From Eledone cirrhosa (Eukaryota), in contig OZ024754.1 of the NCBI GenBank assembly GCA_964016885.1, positions 16,740,001 through 16,804,000 on the forward strand: 64,000 bases of DNA, written 5' to 3'. The notes below the pieces were generated by a model. The model did not search any database. It saw nothing but the letters and a program-made list of their open reading frames with translations, and had not been told where the DNA came from. Each line of letters starts with the position of its first letter. Position 1 is the stretch's first letter. The translations under genes were made by a program, and so were the position numbers. Below are positions 26,418 to 38,602 of the stretch, in pieces.

Positions 26418-26482
26418 CTTAGTTTGGAAACATTTTTCTGCTAGTGTCATCTAAAAGAATATTATACAGAAGGAATAATTTA

Positions 26483-26712
26483 TTAACCCTTTATCATTTA
26501 AACTGGCCATATCCAGCCAGAATTCTCTCACATCTTTCTGTTTAAATCGGCTGTAACTGGCCATTTATACTAATGTTAAGGTATTGTTCTCAAAATAAAT
26601 GACATCAAAATCTCATAGATTTTGATATTATGTGAGATAATTATGTAAGATAAAGCCTTTACCATAAAAATACAACAATATATAGAGAGTAATGTAAATG
26701 CTAAAGGGTTAA
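26483..26712. mobile_element. piggyBac-type MITE family A (intact reference copy)
   Basis: TTAA-CCCTTTATCATTTA ... TAAATGCTAAAGGG-TTAA terminal inverted repeats with TTAA duplication. Confidence 0.85.
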
Positions 26713-27489
26713 TAACCCCTGGTCCACAGACAGCATGCCCTCTCTCTTTCTTTTCCACTACTGAGTGGGGTGGATTAGCAGAATTGGTAGAGTGTCGATA
26801 TTTCTTTCTTTTCATACTTTCAAAGACTGCAAAATAAAGTGCCAGTCAAGTACTGGGGTCAATTTAATCAATTAACCTTTCCTCCAAATTGCTGGCCTTT
26901 TGCCTACATTTAAAGCTTTTTTCCATTACTGCTACAGAGATCCCAATGTTATCTTAGGCACTTTAGATTTACTTTTTTTATTCTCCTCTTATCACCCTCA
27001 GTTAGTTCTGACAATGGCTGTTCTAGTTGATATGTGGAAATATCAGGAAGATTGTGCATGACACAATGTGTGACAACATTAGCCCTTTGAATTAAAGGTA
27101 CATCCATCGATGGGGCTTCAGAACAATTTCACCCACAAGGCATCAACCCAAGGTTATGGTAATTGACACTTACCCATAAGCCATAATCATCATCATTTTA
27201 CATTTGTTTTCCGTTAAATTTCTCCAAATCATTGATTTTTTCCACAAAAATGATTTGAAAATCAAAGGCAGCATCTTTCATTAAAAATATGATAATGAAA
27301 GGACTAAAATGTTAATATTCATCTAAAAGCCTTCCGTCATAATTCTATGTAAAAATGCTTGTTAAGTTATGTTCCAAACACTAGCTTAATACTGAGAAAG
27401 TTAGTTATAGCACCAAATCCTTCCAAACATTTGATTATTTCCCAAATAATCTGAAAATCATAGGCAGTAACTTTCATTAGAAATATATT

Positions 27490-27700
27490 TCTGATTTAGG
27501 CACAAGGTCATCAATTTGAAGAGGAAGGGAAAAGATGATTAAATTGACTCCAGTGCGGGACTGGTACTTTATTTTATAAACTCCGTAAGGATGAAAGGCA
27601 AAGCTAACTTTGGTGTGATTTGAGCTCAAAACATAAAGGGACATAACTATATGCCGTAAAGCATGTTGTCTGACACTCTACCAACACAGCCAATCCACCG
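27490..27700 (-). mobile_element. SINE-M, diverged
   Basis: Reverse-complement central domain GGTACTTTATTTTAT..GTAAGGATGAAAGGCAAA. Confidence 0.75.
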
Positions 27701-28267
27701 CTGTTTCATTAGAAATATGGTAAAAAAAAGTTTAATGATCTGATCAATAACACTTTGGAGTTTGATATTTTTAGGTTTAAAGAGGTTTAGATTCTATTGA
27801 TTTAGTGATGAGGTTTAACTTTCATAATCCACCATGAGTTCTGTTTCCATCTTGGCAATCTCAAAAGGATTAAGACATTCTTGTTATATTTTATAATGAC
27901 AATTGCCTTGATACAGCATAAGAGAATAAGCAGATAAAGGATATTCAGAAAACAGAGAATATGATGAACACTTCATTATTTTATTTACTGTGACAGTAAT
28001 ATAGCAGTTGTACTATTTTTGAAGTAATACTGACCATTATAAAGATTACAGTATGGTGAGGTGGCAAGGACACAGCATAGAAGCAATATAGAATAATGAA
28101 TGCTGTATGAAGCTGGAGGCAAAAAAATAATGGCAAATGATAGGAAATCATAGAAATGGTAATTGCTTCAGATGTAATTGAATCAGCAAATATCTCACCT
28201 GAACATATATTAAAAATCAAAGAAAGAATGAAAAGGTAAAAAGTAAATATAAAGGAATCAGATGAGA

Positions 28268-28530
28268 TTAACCCTTTTGATACCAAACTATCCCAAGTAT
28301 CTGTGGTACAAAACTGTTTTATTTTTAACCCTTTGACACCAAACTGCCCCAGGTATCTATGGTACAAATCTGTTTTATTTTTAACCCTTTTGACACCAAA
28401 CTGCCCCAGGTACCTATGGTACAAAACTGCCCCAAGTATCTGTGGTACAAAACTGTTTTATTTTTAACACTTTTGACACCAAACTGCCTGAAACCACCCC
28501 AGGTATCTATGACACAAAACTGTAATTGTT
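28268..28530. repeat. About 58-bp tandem repeat of a piggyBac-type MITE terminus
   Basis: Repeated TTAACCCTTTTGACACCAAACTGCCCCAGGTATCTATGGTACAAAA. Confidence 0.75.
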
Positions 28531-28959
28531 AAATGTCTATATCTATATTTATCTAAAAACCTTCTGTCATTATCTTCTGTAACAAATTTTGTTAAGCTAT
28601 GTTCCAAACACCCCATAACCCTTTTAGTACCAAACTACTTGAAACTGTTCCCAGCTCCATGATACAACACTTGTATATTTTAACCCTTTTATTACCATAA
28701 TTCTGATAAAATACACTGTATTTGAATTAAATGGTTATGAATTTGGAAGGATTTACTTACATGATTTCAATTATTAAGATAGTATTTATATCATACAAAA
28801 CGTAATGTAAAGTGTAGAAAATAATGTTTTATTTGAAGGCTACCATAATGTGAATTGGACAGTAAATGTGAAAAATATGATAACAAAGATGCTCCTTATT
28901 TCTGGATAAAATTATAATGGAAAATTTAAATTTAAGTAAGAACCTTTTAAATGGATGGT

Positions 28960-29203
28960 GCTTATCCTGGTTTCTGTGGCATGAAGTGACTGAGAATACA
29001 AAATTTCCCCCTGGACATGATGCCAGTCCATTGCCAGTTTAAACCCCCAGTTATTGCTGGTACTCATTTTTAGCTGACTATACTGAAGCAATATGAAATG
29101 AAGTGCTTTACTCAAGAACCCACAATCCGCCTGGACATGATGCCAGTCAAGAACCCACAACATTATGATCATAAGTCCAACACCGTTACCACTAGGCCAC
29201 ACA
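28960..29203 (-). mobile_element. Older tRNA/CORE-type SINE with a different tail
   Basis: Minus strand shows GTGGCCTAGTGG head and CTTGAGTAAAGCACTTCATTTCA core. Confidence 0.6.
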
Positions 29204-29613
29204 TTTCAGATGACCAAAAATGCACTTGAATAGCCTTTGAAATAAATAAATGAATGGATAAAAAAGATTATGAGACACAAGCCAGATTACATATTCTCTA
29301 TCTATTTGACAAAGAAACAAAGAAAACAAATAGACAAAGAAAAAAATCACAGTGAGACACTTGTAGGCAGTTATCTCACTGGTTTTTGTTTCATTACATT
29401 TTTCTGTGCATTTCACTTTAGTAGTAATATGGTTTTACAAAGATAAAGGTTAAAAAGTAAAGAATAGAAATATTTTCTGTTGTTTTCTCATTTCCTCATT
29501 TTTGTAAGTTCTCAAAGTTTACTAAAATATATATTAAAAACAGAGAGAAAGAAAAATGGAGTAGGTTCTTCATTGAATGATTGCTTTTCTTTTCATGCCA
29601 CCCACTAGTGATT

Positions 29614-29696
<83 letters not shown>

Positions 29697-29771
29697 AAAT
29701 GCCTGTGAGTGTATGAGGATACATCTAGTTAAATATATGAGGAGAGTGTGTGTGTGTGTGTGTGTGTTTGC

Positions 29772-29806
<35 letters not shown>

Positions 29807-30376
29807 CAAGTCTGCAGGCATATATAAATATAGAAGCATGCATAAATATACTGACATAGAATAAGAGAAGAGCTGTTTGTTTGTAACAATTGTACCCCAA
29901 ATGCATTTCAACACACACATGTACGTACACACACACTAACACACACACACACACACACACACACGTACAGATACATATACATGCATACACACACTCACAC
30001 AAGCTAGTAACTCATCCAAACCTCACCATTTTGATACTGGGAACATTTTTTATTTTCAATATTTTTTATAAACAATGTCAGAACTTAAAAGGTTTCTTTT
30101 TTTTTCTTTCCATTTTGTACAAACATACATGCTCACACACACACACACACACACACTTTCACAATCAGGCAAACTAATACACACACATACTTTCACACAC
30201 TTTTACATACAGACACACACACCCCAACACACACACACACACTTTTATATAGAGACACACCAACACACTTTGTATTACAGCACATGGAATATACGAGGGT
30301 GGGTTGAAAAGTTCATAGGCTGACTATATATGTCTATCTATCTCTATCTCTCTATATATATATAGAGAGGGATATT

Positions 30377-30546
30377 TTATTTAATTACATAATAAACACA
30401 ATATAATTATTTCATTACGGAAGGTTTCAAGAAACTAGATGATTCTTGCAAGGAATATCCAGTTCATCCATCAGACAAAATAATTATATCTGAAACCTTT
30501 GGTAATGAAATAATTGTATTGTGTTGTTTATTATGTAATTAAATAG
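30377..30546. repeat. Inverted repeat with a degenerate hammerhead-like motif on the minus strand
   Basis: Arms about 30377-30428 and 30491-30546; minus strand CTGATGG-stem-GAAAC..GTA. Confidence 0.6.
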
Positions 30547-31170
30547 CTCTGTACAATACATAGAGCACTCTTTTTTCCATTACCTTTTGTACGGAAATAC
30601 TTAACACACACACTTACACACACACATATATATATATATACATATATATATTTATTAAAATAACAGATTAATGTTTAAGCAAACAATCGCTGCTTTCACC
30701 CTTAATGGGATCTTCTGTGGACGCAGAAGTAAATATTTCAAAAAACATTTCAACCTGTAAGAAGGAATATGACGTCACTTTCAGCTTATATCTGGAGTCT
30801 AAAAGACAACCACACCCAATATAGGTTACACTGGGAGGTCCTAGCTAAAGATAGATCGTATAACGGAAACAAAAGACCATGTGAGCTTTGCGCTGCTGAA
30901 GCCCTGGAAATACTCTACGCCAATGGTCACATCTTAAACAAAAAATCTGAGGCAATTTCGGCTTGTAATCACAAATTGCATAAAACTTTCATGTATTACA
31001 GCCCCACATTATACCCTAACGGAAAGTACAGACAATACGCGGATAATTTACGTCTTGATGTGGTAGCTAAGTATATTTTATGTTTATACCATTACTTATT
31101 TGTATAGGTAAGACTTTACCCGTATGTTTGTGGAGGTATGTGTACTTTTTCGTACATATATATGTATTTA

Positions 31171-31224
<54 letters not shown>

Positions 31225-31424
31225 GATGTATGGGAATGTGTGTATGTGTATGTATAGTATTACAGAAGACCCTACTTGCAAAGTTAACCTACAGTTAGTA
31301 GGCCCCTCCAAACCAAACACACCCCAACCCACTACCCCAATCCATCCTCCCACTTCCGCCAACACCACCCTTTCTCTATAAAGTTATGTTGGTACCTCTA
31401 CATCCAGTCCAAACTAATGAGATG

Positions 31425-31675
31425 GTGTAGGTGTCATGACAAAAAATACACAGTCCACGCTGTAATGTGGCCGTGTAGGTAACATGGTAAAAAGTTCCCA
31501 GTTCCACACTGTAAATGTGGTTGGTGTTAGGAAGGGCATCCAGCCGTAGAAAACCTGCCAGATAGTCCTATATGAGCGAGACACGGTCACCTGACCGATC
31601 TTGCCTCAAGTGGGACAACTCCCGTCTAACCCATGCTAGCATGGAAGATAGACATTAAACAATGATGATGATGAT
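31425..31675 (+). mobile_element. SINE-B (sister of SINE-A), 3' part
   Basis: GGTTGGTGTTAGGAAGGGCATCC motif, CCATGCTAGCATGG tail hairpin, (ATG)n. Other copies at 34835-34950, 36470-36632, 53190-53450 (-) and 54370-54598. Confidence 0.85.
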
Positions 31676-31713
31676 ATATATGTATATGTGTATATATATG
31701 TATATGTATATAT

Positions 31714-31835
31714 ATACAAATGAATATATGATAAACACTAATACAAGTATATAAGTGTTTGTATTGCAAATGACCAAGTTTGCAATACAAACACTCATAT
31801 ACTTGTATTAGTGTTTATCATATATTCATTTGTAT
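31714..31835. repeat. Near-perfect hairpin, arms of about 57 bp
   Basis: ATACAAATGAATATATGATAAACAC...TTGCAAA / TTTGCAA...GTGTTTATCATATATTCATTTGTAT. Confidence 0.9.
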
Positions 31836-32348
31836 TTCACAGCTCAGAAATATCTCTTTCTTTGAGCTATTTAATTGTAAAAGACTGTTTGAGTTTATAA
31901 CTCTATATATAGTATGTATATATATATATGGATTATTGTTGTGTATGTGTATGAGTTGGTGTATGTATCTATTAGTCTAATGACTCCATTTATACCATAA
32001 ACGTGGTTTTGTCTTTGCATGTGATTGTTCTCATCGCTCCATATAACAACGTATTATCTTCTCTTTTTTCCGTTCATTGCCGGGGAACGTCTTCACGAAC
32101 CAAAGTATCATCTTCTTTTCCTTCGGCTTCAACGTTTTTCGGAATATTTACTTCTGCATTCACAGATTAATTTTTTTTTTTAGTTTCAGAAGATCCCGTT
32201 AAGGGTGAAAGCGGCGATTCTTTGCTTAAACTTTAATCTGTTATTTTAATAAATATTTTCTCTATGGTTTTATATATTTTGATATATATATTATCCTTAT
32301 TGAGCCCTCTTCGGATTTTAGTCTTCACTTTTATTATTATTACTATAT

Positions 32349-32394
<46 letters not shown>

Positions 32395-32409
32395 GGAGGG
32401 AGAGAGAGA

Positions 32410-32545
32410 GAAATGGCTTCTACAGGACTAGAACTATTTCATTTTAGTCCTGTAGAAATCATTTCTATATTAAAGATTTATACTCTGCTATATATTGAGT
32501 ACCTTACTGACTTACTATGGTTACTTCCGATTGAACCCAGGGTAC
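32410..32545 (+). repeat. Second fold-back + tail family; related copy at 43420-43535 (-)
   Basis: Hairpin GAAATGGCTTCTACAGGACTA/TAGTCCTGTAGAAATCATTTC, then a tail with the ACTCT..TATTGAGTAC motif shared with family H. Confidence 0.7.
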
Positions 32546-32551
32546 ACACAC

Positions 32552-32590
<39 letters not shown>

Positions 32591-32755
32591 TACATTCCTT
32601 TGGCCATTCCATCAGAGTATTTTGGTCAGCCTATAAACTTTTCAGCTGACCCTTGTAGTATGTAATAATATTTAACTGTTTGATATTCACATCAATATTC
32701 CAGCAACTTATTAAAAATCCTTTTATAATCATATTTCTAAAGAAATATATTATCT

Positions 32756-33099
32756 ATGGAAGCACATGGCTTAGTGGTTAGAGCATTGGCCTTGCAATCG
32801 AAAGGTTGTGAGTTCAATTCTCAGACCGGGTGATGTGTTGTTTCCTTGAGCAAGACACTTTATTTCACATTGCTCCAGTTTACTCAGCTGTAAAAATGAG
32901 ATGATAGGGACTGAGCTCCCTATCATTCCACTACAAAGTGGTCGTGGAGGTGCCACGGCAAAAAAAGCACCCAGCACTCACTGTAAATGAGGTTGGTGTT
33001 AGGAAGGGCATCCAGCTGTAGAAATCAAGCCAGAATCAGTTCCCGTCCCACCCTTGCAAGCAGGGAAAAAGTGGACGTAAAATGATGATAATGATGATG
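32756..33099 (+). mobile_element. SINE-A, full length
   Basis: Head, core, RTE-like 5' motif and 3' tail all present. Confidence 0.92.
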
Positions 33100-33599
33100 T
33101 GTTTCAATTAGTTTCAAAAATAATCAAACATTAAACTCATCAATGAAAGGTTTTAATTTGACATGAGCACTTTAGAATGAGAGGTTTTGTGTATTAGAGA
33201 GAGTCTGCATTTTGGCTGTGTTTGGGTTGATATGGAGAGGGTTAACCATTCTTCTCACATATTCCTGTCCTTGTCAGCTGTAGATATTTATTTCTATTAT
33301 TGACTTCTCTTCTGCTTTCTTTGCTGTGTTTCTTGTCCAGTGAAGGTTCACCTTTCAAATGGGGTTCTCTTTTATTCTCTATTTTTGTATCTACCTCTCT
33401 TCATCCTCTCTTACCCTCGCTCTCCCTTACCCCTCATCCTTTTGCCTCCTTCTTTCTCTCCATTTTTCTCTCTCTCTCCCCCTCTCTCTCGTGCTATCAC
33501 TCTTTCACCCCCACCTCCTTCTCTCTCCATCACACACACACACATGCACTTTCTAAAACAAAAATCATTAAAAAAAATTAAATCTGTTTCTTCAATTCT

Positions 33600-33621
33600 G
33601 TATATGTGTATGTATATATAT

Positions 33622-33658
<37 letters not shown>

Positions 33659-33685
33659 GTATACGTATATATATATATGTATATA

Positions 33686-33721
<36 letters not shown>

Positions 33722-33723
33722 CG

Positions 33724-33756
<33 letters not shown>

Positions 33757-33757
33757 G

Positions 33758-33792
<35 letters not shown>

Positions 33793-33799
33793 GTATACG

Positions 33800-33836
<37 letters not shown>

Positions 33837-33837
33837 G

Positions 33838-33873
<36 letters not shown>

Positions 33874-33881
33874 TGTATACG

Positions 33882-33918
<37 letters not shown>

Positions 33919-33940
33919 GTATATATATATATATATACAC
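33600..33940. repeat. Compound (TA)n microsatellite with higher-order repeats
   Basis: Directly visible. Similar tracts at 4610-4730, 5560-5720, 10455-10562, 36115-36470 and 43590-43885. Confidence 0.95.
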
Positions 33941-34060
33941 AGTTCAAGAGTGACCAATCTTAAAGAGAGAGATTGAAACAAAGGCACCATAGTAAAAACC
34001 AATATATGGAACATTATATTATGTAACATTATCCCATTATTTTAATTTATATTCCTCTGA

Positions 34061-34181
34061 GTTCCGATGAGCCACTCTGTTTTTTTAAATATGTTAATTA
34101 TTTTCAACTGAACCAGATCAATTATGATATATAGTCATCTGATCCAGAAATATTATACGGAGTAGCGAAACAATTGTAAAC
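34061..34181 (+). ncRNA. Type I hammerhead-like motif with long stem II (variant core CCGAUGA)
   Basis: GUU-CCGAUGA-GCCACUCUGU...ACGGAGUAGC-GAAAC-AAUU-GUA-AAC. Confidence 0.6.
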
Positions 34182-34407
34182 GGGCATTATTATTATTAAT
34201 ATTATTATTATTATTATTCTCTACATTCCTTACATCAAACTAAATATGTTGACAATCTTTTAATAATGTCTTCCTTGTGAAATTTGTGGTCTTGTTTTGC
34301 TTAACTAATGAATATATATATATATATATATCTTGCAAGCAGGGAAAAAGCGGACTTAAAATGAAATGATGATGATGATGATGATGTATATATATATATA
34401 TGTATAC

Positions 34408-34761
34408 ATCATCATTTCATCATCATCATTTAATTTTTACGTCCACTTTTTCCCTGCTTGCAAGGGTGGGACGGGAACTGATTCTGGCTTGATTTCTACA
34501 GCTGGATGCCCTTCCTAACACCAACCTCATTTACAGTGAGTGCTGGGTGCTTTTTTGCCGTGGCACCTCCACAACCACTTTGCAGTAGAATGATAGGGAT
34601 CCCAGTCCCTATCATCTCATTTCTACAGCTGAGTAAACTGGAGCAATGTGAAAATAAAGTGTCTTGCTCAAGGAAACAACACATCACCCGGTCTGAGAAT
34701 TGAACTCACAACCTTTCGATTGCAAGGCCAATGCTCTAACCACTAAGCCATGTGCCTCCAT
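34408..34761 (-). mobile_element. SINE-A, full length; tail-to-tail with a short + strand tail fragment at 34331-34386
   Basis: Reverse complement of the consensus. Confidence 0.92.
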
Positions 34762-34950
34762 ATATGTATATATATGTATATATATATATATGTATATATA
34801 CATATGTATATATGTATATATATATATATATACAGTTCCTGTATGAGCAAGGCATGATCAGCCGACCAGACACTGCCCACAACAGGACAACCCGTCTAAC
34901 CCATGCTAGCGTGGAAGAACGGACGTAAAACGGTGATGATGATGATGATG

Positions 34951-34981
<31 letters not shown>

Positions 34982-35416
34982 CTTGGTTTATTTATGATGG
35001 CTACCAGTGTATTTGTCACTATATTGATTTCTGTGGACAGCTGGGTATAGTTTGACAGAATTAATCTCAATATTAAAGAGCTACTTGAGATCAGAGCTTA
35101 TTGCAGAGCCTGGTGGTGATACTACAGAACATTTAATCTCATAAACTGAAGGTTTCCCAGCTCTACAAATTTCTCTCTTCTGTACAGAATGTGCCTTAAA
35201 TCAAGTCAAGCAGTATTTTACATTAAATTCTAATTAAAAGCCTAATGGTATCAATCATGAGATATTTGATCTTTGTTATCCTATTAGTACTAACATTGTA
35301 GGTGTGTTGTCTTGTAGGGAAGCTGACTGTGATCTGAAGGCTGTGGTTTTGATTCCTTGACTCGGTGATAGTGCACTGAGTCCTTAAACAAGGACACTTC
35401 ATTTCATGTTTTAATT

Positions 35417-35448
<32 letters not shown>

Positions 35449-35489
35449 ATTGGTTATGCACGAGTGCATTAATGTTATCCAAAACATAA

Positions 35490-35604
35490 TCTCTGATGAT
35501 ATGGGATCGATTGTGCATTGGATATCGAATGCTCTACTAAATATATAATATTATAGATGTAGCGAGATCTAGGCAAATTGATGTCTATTGAAACGTATGT
35601 AAGA
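35490..35604 (+). ncRNA. Type I hammerhead-like motif with long stem II
   Basis: UCU-CUGAUGA-U-AUGGGAUCGAUU...AAUUGAUGUCUAU-U-GAAAC-GUAU-GUA-AGA. Confidence 0.6.
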
Positions 35605-35648
35605 ACCGAATAAATCTCTTTTACTGCATCTTTCTGTTCTTTTTAATT

Positions 35649-35693
<45 letters not shown>

Positions 35694-35701
<8 letters not shown>

Positions 35702-36088
35702 TAAGAGGAATTCCAACTTTGTCTGATTTACTCGTTTTATTTACAATCCTTTAAAATTTATAATGGTATTATAATGAAATAGTATGATAGAATATTAAAT
35801 GTTAAGTGTTAATTGAACAAGTACTTTCATGCTTTCGCAATCTTCAGGTTCATAATGTGTGGTGACAGTCAAGTTTGCAATTTTCAACTGTCAGTTGAAA
35901 ATTGCAAACTTGACTGTCACCACATATTATGAACCTGAAGATTGCGAAAGCATGAAAGTACTTGTTCAATTAACACTTAACATTTAATATTCTATCATAC
36001 TATTTCATTATAATACCATTATAAATTTTAAAGGATTGTAAATAAAACGAGTAAATCAGACAAAGTTGGAATTCCTTTTATTAATATA
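35694..36088. repeat. Near-perfect palindrome of about 395 bp (centre 35891) with a hammerhead motif in each arm
   Basis: Arms are reverse complements with few mismatches. 35930-35968 (+) reads UGAAC-CUGAAGA-UUGC-GAAA-GCAU-GAAA-GUAC-UU-GUUCA, with a mirror at 35814-35852 (-). Confidence 0.9.
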
Positions 36089-36745
36089 ATCTTCTATACA
36101 CAATCATACACACCCGTGTATATTTATCTATCTATCTATCTATCTATCTATATATATATATATATACATTATATGTTATGTATATATATACATTGTGTGT
36201 ATATATATACACTGTATATGTATATATATACATTGTGTATATATGTACATTTTATGTGTGTATATATATATATATATACTGTATATGTATATATATACAT
36301 TGTGTATATATATACATTTTATGTGTGTATATATACGGTATATGTATATATGTATATATATATCTGTATACTATATATGCATATATATACATTGTGTGTG
36401 TGTATATATATATAAACATTGTATATATATATATATATATGTATATGTGTGTATGTGTATATATATATATAAATGTGGTTGGTGTTAGGAAGGGCATCCA
36501 ACTGTAGAAAACCCGCCAGACAGTCCTATGCGAGCAAGACAACCACTCTTGCCTCAAGTGGGAAAACTCCCGTCCAAACCCATGCAAGCATGGAACACGG
36601 ACGTTAAACGATGATGATGATGATGATGATGATATATATATAAACATTGTATATATACATATATGTGTGTATGTATATATATATATAAACATTGTATATA
36701 TATATATATGTGTGTGTGAGTGTATGTGTATATATATATATATAT

Positions 36746-36943
36746 ATAGGAACGAGTAGGACCCCGACGGCTGAGCTCAAGCCGTTACAACGGCTAATTC
36801 TGGACTCCAGAATTAGCCGTCGAAACGGCTTGAGCTCAGCCGTCGGGGTCCTACTCGTTCCTATTACCCACTCTACTACCCTAAGTATTGAGTACTTTGG
36901 TGCGTTATGGTCCACCTGGTTCCTTACCACATTTCCTTCGTTA
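36746..36943 (+). repeat. Fold-back element family H (about 120-bp hairpin + 80-bp tail)
   Basis: Hairpin 36746-36864; near-identical copy at 43884-44084; embedded in (TA)n. Confidence 0.9.
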
Positions 36944-37108
36944 TATATATATAAACATTGTATATATACATATATGTGTGTATGTATATATATATATATA
37001 TATATAAACATTGTATATATACATATATGTGTGTATGTATATATATATATATATAAACATTGTATATATACATATATGTGTGTATGTATATATATATATA
37101 TATATATA

Positions 37109-37211
37109 ACGCTGAAAACACCGGTTCTCATCTGATCACCAAAGTTAAGCAATGTTGAGCCGAATTAGCACTTAGATGGGTGACCGCTTGGGAACCCTAG
37201 GTGCTGTAAGC
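37109..37211 (+). pseudogene. 5S rRNA-derived sequence, 5'-truncated
   Basis: ACGCTGAAAACACCGGTTCTCATCTGATCACCAAAGTTAAGCA...TTAGCACTTAGATGGGTGACCGCTTGGGAACCCTAGGTGCTGTAAGC follows invertebrate 5S rRNA (box A, box C), then a T-rich stretch. Confidence 0.88.
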
Positions 37212-37222
37212 GTTTACTTTTA

Positions 37223-37623
37223 ATGGAGGCCCATGGCTTAGTGGTTAGAGCATTGGCCTTGCAATAAAAAGGTTGTGAGTTTAATTCTCAGACCGGGTGA
37301 TGTGTTGTTTCCTTGAGCAAGACACTTTATTTCATATTGCTCCAGTTTACTCAGCTGTAGAAATGAGATGATAGGGACTGGGGTCCCTATCATTCCACTG
37401 CAAAGTGGTTGTGGAGGTGCCACGGCAAAAAAGCACCCAGTCCACACTGTAAAGTGGACGTGTAGGTGCCACAGAAAAAAAAAGCACCCAGCGCTCACTG
37501 TAAATGAGGTTGGTGTTAGGAAGGGCATCCAGCTGTAGAAATCAAGCCAGAATCAGTTCACGTCCCACTTTTGCAAGCAGGGAAAAGCAGACGTAAAATG
37601 AAGATGATGATGATGATGATGAT
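37223..37623 (+). mobile_element. SINE-A, full length with an extra internal module
   Basis: Consensus plus a duplicated CCAC..TGTAAAGTGG..GGTGCCAC..AAAAAGCACCCAG unit. Confidence 0.92.
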
Positions 37624-37843
37624 ATAAACATTGTTTATATATATAGTTCGGAATAACTGAAAACAAAAAAACTGACAAATGCAGGTGTAAATGTTACAAA
37701 TATTATTAGTTTCACACTTGGTGAGAGTGGGGTGTGTGGTTGCGATGTTTCGGTAATTCCTATGTAGGTTATACTTGGAGTAATAATAGTGAAAGAATGA
37801 AGAGTAACATGGTTGGCTGTACAACAAGGGGCTTTATTTCAGA

Positions 37844-37952
37844 TATTGACAATTGTTTCATTGATCAGGTGAGTCTAGAGGTCGTTAATCGCTCCAAGTT
37901 GCGTCACTCGATTTCCATTACATTATTTACCTCTGACCAACTCATCAGAATA
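37844..37952 (-). ncRNA. Type I hammerhead ribozyme motif, canonical core, palindromic stem III
   Basis: Minus strand UAUU-CUGAUGA-GUUGGUCAG...CUGAUCAAU-GAAAC-AAUU-GUC-AAUA; all core nucleotides and three stems present. Confidence 0.75.
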
Positions 37953-38602
37953 CAAAAATAATTTGCTCAAAGCAGGATATATATAGAGAAATAGCGTATA
38001 ATCAAAACAATAACATATATATGATAAATAGGTTAAGAAGTTACAGATATAAAAAGTAAAAAGTAAAAGATAAGAAAAAATACATTAGAAAAGTAAGAAA
38101 ATGGAAAAATATAAAGAAAGAAATAAAGAAAAGTGAAAGCATGTAAGTACAGAGTATGCTAGTGGTGGTGGTGAGTAAGTGTCCTTATAAGGATTCTGTG
38201 GTGGGTTTAGTGCTAACATGAAAAGTCATATTTGAAACATACATAGATACCTGTAGAGAGTCTGATGTAGTGACAGATAAAAGAGAAAGCAATAAATTAG
38301 ATTAATTGGGAGATACTAGTATGAGATTTAAGGACTAAGGGTGGGTGGTGAAGGGAAGTTTGACAAATGTGTGTGGTAAATGTTTTGCTGATTGTCTTGT
38401 CTTAGTAGGGTTGATGCTGTTTCAGGGAGAGAGGGTGAAAGAGATGTTAAGAGATTTATGATCTATTGACCAGTTGGCCGTTTGACAGCTAATAGTGGTG
38501 TGATGGTGTGTAAAATCCAGGTGGTTCAGTTCTAATTTTGGGATTGCTGGCTCGAATCACGGTGGTTTGAAATTTGTGAACTTGGTAGCTATTTTATGCC
38601 TA

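Larger units (their letters stand above)
30651..32330 (+). mobile_element. Penelope-like element remnant (GIY-YIG C-terminal part) with inverted 5' copy of its 3' end
   Basis: ORF 30769-31107 TSLSAYIWSLKD..W.VL..CELCAAE..IL..ILNKKSEAISACNH is typical of PLE endonuclease C-termini; 30651-30747 is the reverse complement of about 32133-32254. Confidence 0.75.
30292..32657. mobile_element. Mariner-type MITE termini enclosing nested PLE and SINE insertions
   Basis: TA-CGAGGGTGGGTTGAAAAGTTCATAGGCTGAC ... GTCAGCCTATAAACTTTTCAGCTGACCCTTG-TA; same family as 41583-42003. Confidence 0.7.

Noticed and set aside
20235-26454. Giant ORFs of 1129, 1809 and 2051 aa
   Set aside because: The 30-bp unit simply lacks stops on the + strand. 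All three frames are open and 29-bp units shift between them, so there is no sign of frame selection.
33411-34029. YI/IY-repeat ORFs here and throughout
   Set aside because: Translations of (TA)n microsatellites.
37109-37211. Functional 5S rRNA gene
   Set aside because: About 15 nt missing at the 5' end, several substitutions, single copy.
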